This document shows, piece by piece, positions 15,030 through 23,979 of a stretch of DNA of 32,000 nt. The position numbers and the translations under genes are program-made. Origin of the DNA: Thermoproteota archaeon (GTDB lineage: Archaea > Thermoproteota > Nitrososphaeria > Nitrososphaerales > Nitrosopumilaceae); contig QQVN01000003.1 in assembly GCA_003352285.1 (NCBI GenBank), positions 392,490 to 424,489 on the forward strand. The letters run 5' to 3'. Every line of letters begins with the position of its first letter. Position 1 is the stretch's first letter. A model generated the notes under the pieces. It did not search any database and was not told the DNA's origin. It worked only from the letters and a program-made list of their open reading frames with translations.

Positions 15030-16670
15030 TTGAGCCAGTATGAAAAACTGTATTTTATTGAAAAGCTCATCGAGTCTGGTGATGGGGATACCGGCAGGTT
15101 AAACTTTATCAAAGAATCTCTTGAAAAAAATCAACCACTCTTCAAATCCGACCAAAAGTATCTTGATCATAAACTATCAAAATTTGATTTACAAGAAGAA
15201 ATTCATGTAAAAAAAGACACATCATTACTTGATGATATCTCAAATTTGATTTCATTAGGATATGGAGACCCTGGGAGATTACATCACATTTATGCCACAC
15301 TAGAATCTGGCAAAGAACTATTCAACTCTGATAAGGCATACTTGAAAAACAAACTAGAATCACTAAAAAATGAAACAAGCGCATCTTCTGAAGAAACCTA
15401 TGAGAGCAGTACCCGACAAGAAAGTGATGTGACACTAGAACTAAAACAAAAGCTTGCTGATGCCAATGCCAAAATTTTACAGTTAGAGACTATAATTCAA
15501 GAAAAAAAATCAGAGATGCAAAAGCCTGCACCACAAATTCAGGAAAGTAAACCTACAAAATTACGAGGCTCCATGCCAAAAGGATGGACTCCAAATCAAG
15601 AAGTACTAGAAAAGCCAGATGATGGAGGAATTTATGAAAAGATCAAAACTGAAGAAGATAAACTAGCTGAACAAAAGCGAATCAAGGAATTAATCGAATC
15701 TCAACAATCCAAACTAACACAAATTATCTTGAATCGTGAGGAATATGAAAAACAAGTTCAAATTGAGCGTGAAAGATTAGAGAAAAAAATTAAACTTGAA
15801 CGAGAAATGGTTGAAAACCAAACTAGGCTGGCAGAACAAATCAAATCAAAGCAAAATGATCTAAAAATAGCCAAAGAAGAGAGAAATCTTCTTGAGGAAG
15901 AACTCAAAAAGGAAGAAGCCGCATTAGAATCACAAGTAAGGCAACAACAATCAGAGTTGGAAAATATTCGCAAGAAATTCCACCAAATATCAAAGCAGAC
16001 AGAAGAAAAGAGAAAAATGATTGAAATTGAACTACAAAAAGAAAAAGAAAAACTATCTGAGCAAAATGAAATAATCAAAGCAGTAAATGACCAAAGCGAA
16101 GTACTAGAGCAGGTAAAAACTCAGAGACAAAGCATTGAAAAACAAATTGAAGAAGAAAAAAGAAGTCTTTTAGCACAGCATCCTACCTCTGAAAAACTTG
16201 CAAAAGAAAAGATTACCTTAAAGGACATACAATCAGAAAAAACAAAGATTCAGAATCAAATAAAGAAAGAAGAAAAAGAGCTTATTCGTATACGTAAACA
16301 AAAATCAAAATTAGAAGAGCAGATTAAGGCAAGATTAGAAAAACTAGAAAAAGACAAAATAAAAGAAAATGAAAAATTATCACAGGTACTACTTGATCAA
16401 AAAAATATTATCAAAGAGATAGAGTCTGAACAAGAAAAACTAACTCATCAAGCAATTACTGCAAGAGAACTTGCAGCAAAGCAAGCCGAGATAGAAAAGA
16501 CTCGTCTTGAGCGAAACAAGATTGAAAAAGAGATCAGAAAGACAAAATCTGAGTTAGCAACAATTAGACGTCAAAGCAAAAAGTTAGACAAAGATATCAA
16601 CAAGAAAAAGAAGACGACTGTAAAATCAACCCCTAAAACTAGGCGCCAAAGAAAACAAAAGACCGCCTAA
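15030..16670 (+). CDS. Long K/E-rich coiled-coil protein with duplicated N-terminal motif
   Basis: 546 aa with a TTG start. Two ~40-aa repeats sit 60 aa apart (nt ~15051-15359): LIESGDGDTGRLNFIKESLEKNQPLFKSDQKYLDHKL and LISLGYGDPGRLHHIYATLESGKELFNSDKAYLKNKL. They are followed by ~400 aa of heptad-like E/K/Q sequence and a basic tail. Confidence 0.8.
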   Translation: MSQYEKLYFIEKLIESGDGDTGRLNFIKESLEKNQPLFKSDQKYLDHKLSKFDLQEEIHVKKDTSLLDDISNLISLGYGDPGRLHHIYATLESGKELFNSDKAYLKNKLESLKNETSASSEETYESSTRQESDVTLELKQKLADANAKILQLETIIQEKKSEMQKPAPQIQESKPTKLRGSMPKGWTPNQEVLEKPDDGGIYEKIKTEEDKLAEQKRIKELIESQQSKLTQIILNREEYEKQVQIERERLEKKIKLEREMVENQTRLAEQIKSKQNDLKIAKEERNLLEEELKKEEAALESQVRQQQSELENIRKKFHQISKQTEEKRKMIEIELQKEKEKLSEQNEIIKAVNDQSEVLEQVKTQRQSIEKQIEEEKRSLLAQHPTSEKLAKEKITLKDIQSEKTKIQNQIKKEEKELIRIRKQKSKLEEQIKARLEKLEKDKIKENEKLSQVLLDQKNIIKEIESEQEKLTHQAITARELAAKQAEIEKTRLERNKIEKEIRKTKSELATIRRQSKKLDKDINKKKKTTVKSTPKTRRQRKQKTA

Positions 16671-17278
16671 TCTGCTAGCTTAAGGATTATCTCTTCACCG
16701 TTTCCTATTTTGACTGTGCTTGATTGCACATTTGGAATCTGTTGTATTCTCTGGGAGATTACACTCATCTCTGACCTATATTTTTCAGGATACATCATGT
16801 TGTCTATTGCGATAATTCCACCTATTCTAGTCATCTTTAATGCAATCTCAAAGTATTTCATGGTGTTTTCCTTGTCTGCATCTAAAAAAACAAAGTCAAA
16901 TTGCTTATTCTCTGATAAAAACCCATTTAGAATGTTCAGTGCAATTCCGTGTCTGATATCAATAAAATCTTCAACACCTGCTTCTTGAAAATTCTTTTTT
17001 GCTCGTAGAATCTTGTTTTGATTCTTTTCTATAGTGATTATCTTTCCAGAGTTTTCTTTTATTGCATCACAAAACCAGAGAGTAGAGTATCCTGTGGATA
17101 ATCCGATCTCAAGTATGTTTTTTGCTTTTATTGCTTTTAAGATGATATTGAAAAATTCTCCTGTATCTTGAGTGATTGCAAGCATCCTGTCTTCTGGTGG
17201 AACATCCACTTCTCGCATCCTTTCTTTTTGAGCTTCTTGTGTTAATCTTGAGATGACATTTTTAATCAAAGAATCCAT
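16667..17278 (-). CDS. SAM-dependent O-methyltransferase (family 3, caffeoyl-CoA OMT-like)
   Basis: ILEIGLSTGYSTLWF is the SAM-binding motif I. FDFVFLDADKENTMKYFE and GGIIAIDN are typical of class I family 3 O-methyltransferases. Confidence 0.85.
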   Translation of the reverse strand: MDSLIKNVISRLTQEAQKERMREVDVPPEDRMLAITQDTGEFFNIILKAIKAKNILEIGLSTGYSTLWFCDAIKENSGKIITIEKNQNKILRAKKNFQEAGVEDFIDIRHGIALNILNGFLSENKQFDFVFLDADKENTMKYFEIALKMTRIGGIIAIDNMMYPEKYRSEMSVISQRIQQIPNVQSSTVKIGNGEEIILKLAD

Positions 17279-17375
17279 GAATTATTTTTAATTACTGAAT
17301 TGTTGCGTTTAGATGTTTTGTTAACCTAGAAATATTTTTAATGAGTTATATTGACCTGCCTGATTTTTGTGATTT

Positions 17376-17756
17376 GTGACATATTACACTCAAACAAATA
17401 TGATGGACATGGTTGAGGACATAATCGACCTCGACTCTAAAATGAGATTTGCAGCAGTAATTGATTCCAAAGGTAAAATTCTTGAGGCAATAATGAAAAG
17501 TGGAAAACTTTCCTTAAAATCTCAAAAAGAAGAAGAGAATTTCTGTGCTCAAGTTGCAGCACGAAAAAAGATGAGGGAAAAATTTGATAAAAGTTTAGGA
17601 AAGGTCCGTTATGTACATGTGGAAAGAGAAAAGGTAACTCAAATGGTAGTTTATACAAAAAAATATTCTGTATATTTTACCATGGAGCCTGAGATGTCTA
17701 TTTCAGATAAAATCAGAATTGTTACAAAAATAAAAAAGATGACATCTGCATTATAG
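17376..17756 (+). CDS. Hypothetical protein (126 aa; possibly roadblock/LC7-like)
   Basis: GTG at 17376, ATG at 17400. The alternating beta/alpha-looking pattern (RFAAVIDSKGKILEAIMK ... KVRYVHVEREKVTQMVVY) only weakly suggests a roadblock-like fold. Confidence 0.5.
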   Translation: MTYYTQTNMMDMVEDIIDLDSKMRFAAVIDSKGKILEAIMKSGKLSLKSQKEEENFCAQVAARKKMREKFDKSLGKVRYVHVEREKVTQMVVYTKKYSVYFTMEPEMSISDKIRIVTKIKKMTSAL

Positions 17757-17945
17757 ATTGAATTTAGACTGTTTGTTGTGCACATACTAGACTATCAATA
17801 CTCAAGATACCATCAATCTTTGTGGACGAGTCAATCATCGTAATATTCTTGGGAACAATTGTGGGAATTGCTGCCATTTTACCACTAGTGATTAATTTTA
17901 TTTGAGATGCATCACAATCATATAGTCTGAATAAATTGTGATTTT

Positions 17946-18233
17946 ATGGGCTCAAAACCTGTTAAAATTTTGATTGATGAGATGGATGATGGTTGGGATG
18001 AGAAACTAAAACAACTTGGTTATGATGCATATAGTGTCAAAAAACTTCGTGCAGAAGGCATGAAATTAAGAACCGATTATTCTGTGATTAACTATGCAAA
18101 AGAAAACAACATGTTGCTAATTACACGTGATACAGAAAGCGGGCAGGCATGTGAAGAAAATGATCTTCCCTATATTCTGCTTGATAATGAAGAGATCTTC
18201 CGAATTGTAGTGGAAAAATTAACCAAATTATGA
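17946..18233 (+). CDS. Minimal PIN-like (DUF5615 / Mut7-C-like) putative nuclease
   Basis: 95 aa. KILIDEMDD... LGYDAYSV ... INYAKENNMLLITRDTES parallels the DUF5615 pattern (LLDEN...LGHDV...ILVTKDKDF). Confidence 0.55.
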   Translation: MGSKPVKILIDEMDDGWDEKLKQLGYDAYSVKKLRAEGMKLRTDYSVINYAKENNMLLITRDTESGQACEENDLPYILLDNEEIFRIVVEKLTKL

Positions 18234-18265
18234 GGATTTTTATCTTATTGTTACATTGATGAATT

Positions 18266-18517
18266 ATGTCAAGCTGTGATAGACGTACCCGGGCATATAA
18301 GAACGGAAAAACATTTGACCAATGCAAGGAGATTGCTGAGAAAAAAAATACAGAGTTTCAACAAGTAATCTCTGCAAACGGCAAAATACTATGGACTGAA
18401 ATTCTTGAAAACGTAGATCATGATGAGCTTGTTTACAAACTCACTTTAAAGTATCTAAGACGTGACGGTTTTGATATTGGAAATCACAAAATTCCTGAAG
18501 TAAAACCATTTACTTAA
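18266..18517 (+). CDS. Hypothetical protein (83 aa)
   Basis: ATG ORF 32 nt downstream of the PIN-like gene. Its 3' end overlaps the convergent membrane-protein gene by 8 nt. No motif recognised. Confidence 0.4.
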   Translation: MSSCDRRTRAYKNGKTFDQCKEIAEKKNTEFQQVISANGKILWTEILENVDHDELVYKLTLKYLRRDGFDIGNHKIPEVKPFT

Positions 18518-19331
18518 AATCTACCACACAACTTCCATCCGAATTCATCATTCTTCTAGCTAGTATGAATGGAGTTATCAATAATACAGGAATTGATATT
18601 GCAATGAAGACTGTCTGAAGCTGTGTTAAAGCAATGGTGAGTGCAATTCCGCTTGCAGTTCCAACAAAAATCGACAGCAAAGAACCAACGCATGTAGGAC
18701 ACGCAATGAATAATCCAGTTGCAGCACCTACTGTGCTCATTCCTCTCTTTTTCTTTGATAGCCTGATTGCATTGACTGCAATTGCCATGTTTAGTGCTAC
18801 TAAATATGAGACAATTATTTGCAAAAGTAGGTTGATTGGTATTATCTGCAATCCTACATGATCTGTTATGTACACCACAATCTTTGGCATGTATCCTGGC
18901 GCATCACAACATGGAATAATGTTAGCCGATGGCACATTTACCCCATAATGATATGAGAAACTAATTTGTTCATCATACACCAAAGTCCCTGATGTTAATG
19001 AGAAGAAAATTCCATATGAGATGAATGTTATAATGAATATTTTTTGAGATTTTTTTGTAAATGAAATGGCAGCTAGCGTATGAAATATACCTGATCTTCC
19101 AACGAGTGCCTTTTTCTTTTGATAATTATACAATCCATAGGCTATCGAACCTAATGCCAGGGAAAATATGACATAAAATCCATATGATAATCTAATGTAA
19201 GAGTCAATGGCGTCAGGAGTCACCATTTCTGGGTCTTGAAATCTACCATAAACCACAAACGAGGCTATGACTGCAATTATTCCAACAATCAAAAACGGTC
19301 TGCTATTTTTTGTCGTTGCCTGCTCTGACAT
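18510..19331 (-). CDS. Polytopic membrane protein with CC and CPTC motifs
   Basis: 273 aa with about 6-7 hydrophobic helices. Cysteine motifs are IIPCCDAPGY and FIACPTCVGSL. It lies 36 nt downstream of the CBS-TrkH gene on the same strand. Confidence 0.7.
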   Translation of the reverse strand: MSEQATTKNSRPFLIVGIIAVIASFVVYGRFQDPEMVTPDAIDSYIRLSYGFYVIFSLALGSIAYGLYNYQKKKALVGRSGIFHTLAAISFTKKSQKIFIITFISYGIFFSLTSGTLVYDEQISFSYHYGVNVPSANIIPCCDAPGYMPKIVVYITDHVGLQIIPINLLLQIIVSYLVALNMAIAVNAIRLSKKKRGMSTVGAATGLFIACPTCVGSLLSIFVGTASGIALTIALTQLQTVFIAISIPVLLITPFILARRMMNSDGSCVVDFK

Positions 19332-19367
19332 GATTTAGAATTTTTATGATTAGATTAAATTGTATCT

Positions 19368-21185
19368 TTACTTTGCCATTTGCGGCCTGAATATGTAGAT
19401 AATTGCAATTATTTCCAGTCTTCCAAATATCATTAGAAATGCCATTGCCATTTTTGTTGATGGTTCCAAGTCAATTGTAATTACATCGGCCGATAATCCG
19501 CCTGTGGTGATAATTCCTGTTGCTTCAAAAAATGAATTCTCCAAGCTTGCCCCTGTCTCACCTGAAAGATATGCTCCTGCAATTCCTGCAAGCAGTGGAA
19601 ACATTATCAGCATAATGATAATTGTTTTTGTTTCATTTTTTTCGCTTTGAGTTAATTCTTGTGTTCTTGATTTTCTTTTGGAAAGATATTGTTTCATGTG
19701 GATAAATCTGAAAATTTTGATTCCACCTGCAGTTGAAAATCCACAACCCCCAATGAACATTAGTATGATTAGAATGGTATGAGAAACGCTGTTAAGTGCC
19801 TCTAAACTTGTAATCTGCAATCCTGCAGTTGTGCTTGCTGAAATAGTATAGAATATTGAATCCAGAGGATCCAATCCGCTAGTGGATACAAATAAGACTA
19901 TTGCGCCACCTAAGACGGCAAAGTATGTTATGACTTCTTTTCCAAGTTTTGGTGCCAAAAATCGTTTCCTGACAAATGCATAGTGGAAAGTAAATGGTAA
20001 GGCCCCAAGTATCATTGCTGCAAATAATACGATATATTCTTGCCAAAGCAAGTCTACCAAGATTGTAGAGCTTGGTAGGAATCCTCCTGTAGCAAGAGTG
20101 CTCATAGCTAGTGAAAAATTATCAATAAGATTTCTCTCGCCAAAAAAGTATAGCAACAGTGCCACAATTACAATATACAAAGTAAAGATGACTGTAATTG
20201 TACCAAATAATTCTCTCATATGCAGTGTTCTTCCAGAAATGAATCCCCTCATTGCTTGCAATTTACTTTCTGGGTAGAATGCAGTAATTACTAGGTAAAT
20301 GAAACTCATTCCTCCTACAAGCTGTGTAAAGCTTCTGTAAAAGGTAAAACTTTGAGGAAGCTCTTCTGGCTTATCAAATAATGAAATCCCGCCAGTACTG
20401 AATCCAGCAGCACTTGAGAAAAATCCATTTGCAAAAGTCTCTACTGGAGTCAGATTTTCATACTGTAGGACGTAAAAGTATGGAATTGTTCCAAACAATG
20501 TTAGGATAAACAGGCTTGAGAACACAAGAATTGATGCCTGCTGAAGGTTCAGCGATGCCTTTTCCCCATACGAGTTTAGGAAAAAACCTGTCACTAATAG
20601 CAAAACTGTCGTAATGAAAATTCCTGTTGCAGTAACTGTATCGTTTAGAATAGTAGCTAAAATTGCAGGTACCAGTAATAGCACTCCAGAAAATTGTAAT
20701 ACAAAACCTAGGTTTCCTAGTATTGCCTTGACAGGTGGGCTAAGAAGTCTTGGCTGAGTTGCAGTTGCATCTCGTATGACATTTGCAATTGTGACTTGAA
20801 AGATCATGCCTACTACGAAATTATTTTTATCCAGGGCGGGGAGCTTTCTGATCTTATGATCCCTCATTATGTGTAATGCTTCTTGCAGTGTTGCAGATTC
20901 CTGAATGGTAATTAGCGGAGTCGTCATAATGTCCTTTAACCTTGTAGTCTCTGCATTGATCTTTGCATCAGATACTTTACTGATGATGTCTTCATCAGTT
21001 ACAATTCCAATTGGTTCATTTGCTTCATTTGTAACTATGATGTCATCTGTTTCTTTATGTTGAAGCATCCTTGCTGCTTCTCGTGTAGGAGTATTTTGAT
21101 CTAGCATCAACACATCTAGAGACATATAATCTGAGACTGGTTTTGTTAGAACGTAAGATACTGAACGTTCTGGTGCGGTTGACAT
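19368..21185 (-). CDS. trkH: TrkH/KtrB-family cation (K+) transporter with N-terminal CBS-domain pair
   Basis: The N-terminal ~135 aa form two CBS-like units (VSDYMSLDVLML...GIVTDEDIISKV; LKDIMTTPLITI...VVGMIFQVTI). The membrane part carries repeated selectivity-filter-like loops: GFSTGGISLF, TLATGGFLPS, STTAGLQI, GFSTAGGIKIFR and IITTGGLSAD. Confidence 0.85.
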   Translation of the reverse strand: MSTAPERSVSYVLTKPVSDYMSLDVLMLDQNTPTREAARMLQHKETDDIIVTNEANEPIGIVTDEDIISKVSDAKINAETTRLKDIMTTPLITIQESATLQEALHIMRDHKIRKLPALDKNNFVVGMIFQVTIANVIRDATATQPRLLSPPVKAILGNLGFVLQFSGVLLLVPAILATILNDTVTATGIFITTVLLLVTGFFLNSYGEKASLNLQQASILVFSSLFILTLFGTIPYFYVLQYENLTPVETFANGFFSSAAGFSTGGISLFDKPEELPQSFTFYRSFTQLVGGMSFIYLVITAFYPESKLQAMRGFISGRTLHMRELFGTITVIFTLYIVIVALLLYFFGERNLIDNFSLAMSTLATGGFLPSSTILVDLLWQEYIVLFAAMILGALPFTFHYAFVRKRFLAPKLGKEVITYFAVLGGAIVLFVSTSGLDPLDSIFYTISASTTAGLQITSLEALNSVSHTILIILMFIGGCGFSTAGGIKIFRFIHMKQYLSKRKSRTQELTQSEKNETKTIIIMLIMFPLLAGIAGAYLSGETGASLENSFFEATGIITTGGLSADVITIDLEPSTKMAMAFLMIFGRLEIIAIIYIFRPQMAK

Positions 21186-21321
21186 TATTACAGCTCCTTT
21201 ATCCCTAATATTTTAAGTAAGAACTGTCAAGTTTTATTGTTTATAAAAGAAATTTGTTCAAGTTGAAGCAAGTTCGATGACCCATCTTTATATGCATTAA
21301 ATAATAATAAAATTTGTAGGC

Positions 21322-21747
21322 ATGGAAATAAATCAACAACAAGAACCTGATTATGAATCAGTAAAGATCGATTATGTTGGATTTGTAGATCCTTATGCAG
21401 TTGAAGGAATGCTTGTTCTAAAATCTGATGATGGAAAAGAATTCCATATGCGGGCTTTTTCTGGCGAGGTTGCAAGACACATTGCAAGCTTTACTGAAGA
21501 GTCTCGTGATTCTGTTCCGACCATTTACAAAATGCTTGAAGAGATATGTGAAGAAAATGAATTGGTACTTGTAAAGGTAAAGATCTATGATAGTGGGGAA
21601 GTCTTACGTGCGAATCTGTATTTTACTGGAAAGAAAGATGTAGTGTTGAGAAATTATCGTGCCTCTGATGCTATGGCTTTGGCAGTATTTTACAACATAC
21701 CAATCTTAGTTAGAAAAAATCTCTTAAAAGAAAAATTAGAAGCTTAG
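21322..21747 (+). CDS. Bifunctional nuclease (BFN/DUF151) family protein
   Basis: 141 aa. The colinear pattern LVLKSDDGKEFHMRAFSGEVARHI ... PTIYKMLEEI ... VKIYDSGEVLRANLYF ... RASDAMALAVFYNIPILV is typical of DUF151. Confidence 0.7.
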   Translation: MEINQQQEPDYESVKIDYVGFVDPYAVEGMLVLKSDDGKEFHMRAFSGEVARHIASFTEESRDSVPTIYKMLEEICEENELVLVKVKIYDSGEVLRANLYFTGKKDVVLRNYRASDAMALAVFYNIPILVRKNLLKEKLEA

Positions 21748-22835
21748 GTTACTATTTCTTCTAGTCTATCTTCTTCTTGAGCCCTCTTAATCTCCATGGC
21801 AATACGTCTTCCAATACCAAATGTCGTCCCATACTGATATTTTGTATAGGGACTAGTTGTTGCTACTATGGGATTTCCTGGAACTCTCAATGAAACATCA
21901 TAGACTATGATCTCCAAATCCTTTGTAATTACGCTTTGAAGTGAGAATGGGCCAATTATTCCTGGTGGATACTCTTTTGCAACCGCCTTGACAAATTTGT
22001 CACCCATTGAGATTACCTTTTCAAGTAATGATTCTCTAATGCTTGCAGGAGTATGTCCAACTTCGATGTTTTGAATGTCAATGTTCATGTCTAGTTGTTG
22101 TTTTGCTGGCAATGCGTTATAATCATGAATGTTAGTCTGCAATCTTCTCTCTATTCCAATAAAGTCTACATGCTCCGAGATTGGTGTATGAAAATAATTA
22201 AAATTAAGATATGTTCCAATTGCTAATTCCTCAATACTAGAGTTTTCCAAATCCTTACGTGAAATAATTCCTTGTTTGATTCTCTCTTCTGATTTTTTCT
22301 TGTAATCTGAATATGATGAGACAGTAAAGAATGCTCTTTCAAGTTTTCTTGATTTTTCTTGAACTTTGACAATACTTGGCTTGTTAATGTCCTTTGGGTT
22401 TTTGAATAATTTAGGAAATTTTATTCTGGCTTTTTGAAGCAAATAGTATTGATTACGTTTGTGTGAGCGTTCTTCTGCCTGAAATAATGATCTATTTCCA
22501 AAGATTGGTACTTTGAATGAATTCTCAATTGTCTTGTATCCAAGATATGCTGTAAGGGATCTATGTGGGACAATTATTGTGTTGGTATCTCTTAACATTT
22601 TTTGGGTCTTGGCAGATGCCATGTCCTTGAACTTGTTTAATACTACAATTTCATCTGCGATTCTTCCAAATCTTTGATATGGTACTTCTCTTCCTTTTTG
22701 GCATAATACCACTGTGTTGAACTCTTCATCTTTTGCTCCATCCATTACTTCTAGTGCTGAATGGCTTCCAAGTACTCCAATTCTTACATCTCCATAATTA
22801 TCAATAATTTTTTTAATGTCTGACTTTTTTATCAC
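21744..22835 (-). CDS. purP: 5-formaminoimidazole-4-carboxamide ribonucleotide (FAICAR) synthetase, archaeal PurP
   Basis: 363 aa. The N-terminal IGVLGSHSALEVMDGAKDE and the ATP-grasp-like C-terminal half match the PurP family layout. Confidence 0.85.
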   Translation of the reverse strand: MIKKSDIKKIIDNYGDVRIGVLGSHSALEVMDGAKDEEFNTVVLCQKGREVPYQRFGRIADEIVVLNKFKDMASAKTQKMLRDTNTIIVPHRSLTAYLGYKTIENSFKVPIFGNRSLFQAEERSHKRNQYYLLQKARIKFPKLFKNPKDINKPSIVKVQEKSRKLERAFFTVSSYSDYKKKSEERIKQGIISRKDLENSSIEELAIGTYLNFNYFHTPISEHVDFIGIERRLQTNIHDYNALPAKQQLDMNIDIQNIEVGHTPASIRESLLEKVISMGDKFVKAVAKEYPPGIIGPFSLQSVITKDLEIIVYDVSLRVPGNPIVATTSPYTKYQYGTTFGIGRRIAMEIKRAQEEDRLEEIVT

Positions 22836-22879
22836 AAAATAATTATTTTAAAGGAGGTAATATAGCTATTTTCAAAATG

Positions 22880-23089
22880 TTAGGGAAACTCTTCCCAAAA
22901 TTTTTCTTTTCTAGGACCAAATAATGAATGATCAATCTCATCTAGAATGGATTCCAATTCATCCAACTCTTCATATGACTCGATACCATTTTTTGATAAA
23001 GGAAGATCGTTTTCCTGTTTTGAAAGCTCAACTCCATACATCTTTGCAGTAATCCAATCGACTTCCAATACTGCATAGTCTAACTCCAT
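22880..23089 (-). CDS. Hypothetical acidic small protein (69 aa)
   Basis: ATG ORF, strongly acidic (ESYEELDELESILDEIDH). No motif recognised. Confidence 0.4.
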   Translation of the reverse strand: MELDYAVLEVDWITAKMYGVELSKQENDLPLSKNGIESYEELDELESILDEIDHSLFGPRKEKFWEEFP

Positions 23090-23192
23090 ACTATGGATTC
23101 TTGTTTTCTTTATTGTGATCGAGTATGTATGTAAAGATCAAACATAGTTTAGAGCATTCAAGATTTATTCATTGGATGGTTTTAGTACCTTT

Positions 23193-23339
23193 ATGCTTTA
23201 CAGCTTTGAATTATTCTTAGCAGGGATAATTTTATTTTCTGCAATGTTTGCTGGTGGTATCAGTCTTTGGATTAAACGAAGAAGAGAACAAGAAAAGAAC
23301 AATTTTTCTGAAAGTGATGATAAAATTCGTCCTGAATAG
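23193..23339 (+). CDS. Possible small single-pass membrane protein (48 aa), not in the ORF track
   Basis: My translation is MLYSFELFLAGIILFSAMFAGGISLWIKRRREQEKNNFSESDDKIRPE. It has one hydrophobic helix followed by a positive-inside KRRR. It sits in an otherwise empty 300-nt gap. Confidence 0.3.
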   Translation: MLYSFELFLAGIILFSAMFAGGISLWIKRRREQEKNNFSESDDKIRPE

Positions 23340-23396
23340 TGCCAAGTCTGAATTCATCCCCAATAGATAAAATACTCTAACATCGCTGATATTTTC

Positions 23397-23951
23397 ATGA
23401 AACTAATAATTGGCATGACTGGAAGCACCGGAGTCATCTATGGTATCAGAATGCTTGAAGTGCTGAAAAAATTATCAGTTGAAACTCACCTTGTCATGAG
23501 TGAATGGGCTGCAAAATGCATACCAATGGAAACTGAACATACTCCAGATTATGTAAAGTCACTTGCAACAACAGTATCTGATGAAAAAAACATGGCAGCA
23601 AGCGTATCTAGTGGAACACACAAAGTTAATGGAATGATTGTTGCCCCCTGTAGTATGAAGACATTATCAAGCATTGCAAACGGTTATGATGAAACATTGG
23701 TTGCACGAGCTGCTGGTGTCACAATTAAAGAATCTAGAAAATTAGTATTAATGGTACGAGAAACTCCACTGTCTGCTATTCATTTAGAGAACATGCTTAA
23801 ATTATCTAGATTGGGAGTTGTTATTCTACCTCCAGTAACAGAATTTTATACAAAACCAAAATCAATAGATGACATTGTAAATCATGGTGTTGGAAAATGT
23901 CTTGATCAATTTGATATTGAACATGATTTGTACAAACGTTGGGGAAGTTAA
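23397..23951 (+). CDS. ubiX: Flavin prenyltransferase UbiX (UbiX/Pad1 family)
   Basis: KLIIGMTGSTGVIYGIRMLEVL is the flavoprotein fold start. VAPCSMKTLSSIANGYDETLVARAA matches the UbiX core. Confidence 0.9.
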   Translation: MKLIIGMTGSTGVIYGIRMLEVLKKLSVETHLVMSEWAAKCIPMETEHTPDYVKSLATTVSDEKNMAASVSSGTHKVNGMIVAPCSMKTLSSIANGYDETLVARAAGVTIKESRKLVLMVRETPLSAIHLENMLKLSRLGVVILPPVTEFYTKPKSIDDIVNHGVGKCLDQFDIEHDLYKRWGS

Positions 23952-23979
23952 TTTAATTAAATTATTTTAGGAAAGTATC

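Noticed and set aside
15700-16650. Highly repetitive-looking GAA/AAA-rich DNA that could be mistaken for a tandem repeat or CRISPR-like array
   Set aside because: There is no fixed period or conserved repeat unit. The pattern is codon-level Lys/Glu/Gln bias of a continuous coiled-coil ORF.
17822-17905. 27-codon GTG-initiated hydrophobic mini-ORF (VDESIIVIFLGTIVGIAAILPLVINFI) in the gap upstream of the PIN-like gene
   Set aside because: It is very short, has a non-ATG start and has no supporting signal. Chance ORFs of this size are common. It is noted only as a possible membrane peptide.
15758-18861. ORFs 15758-16078 (-), 16710-16988 (+), 17437-17658 (-), 18121-18327 (-) and 18634-18861 (+)
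   Set aside because: Each is antisense within a longer, motif-supported or compositionally coherent gene. They are shadow ORFs.
21227-21487. 86-aa minus-strand ORF overlapping the start of the BFN/DUF151 gene
   Set aside because: It overlaps the promoter and 5' part of a gene with a recognisable family pattern. Its product is Gln/Leu-rich low complexity.
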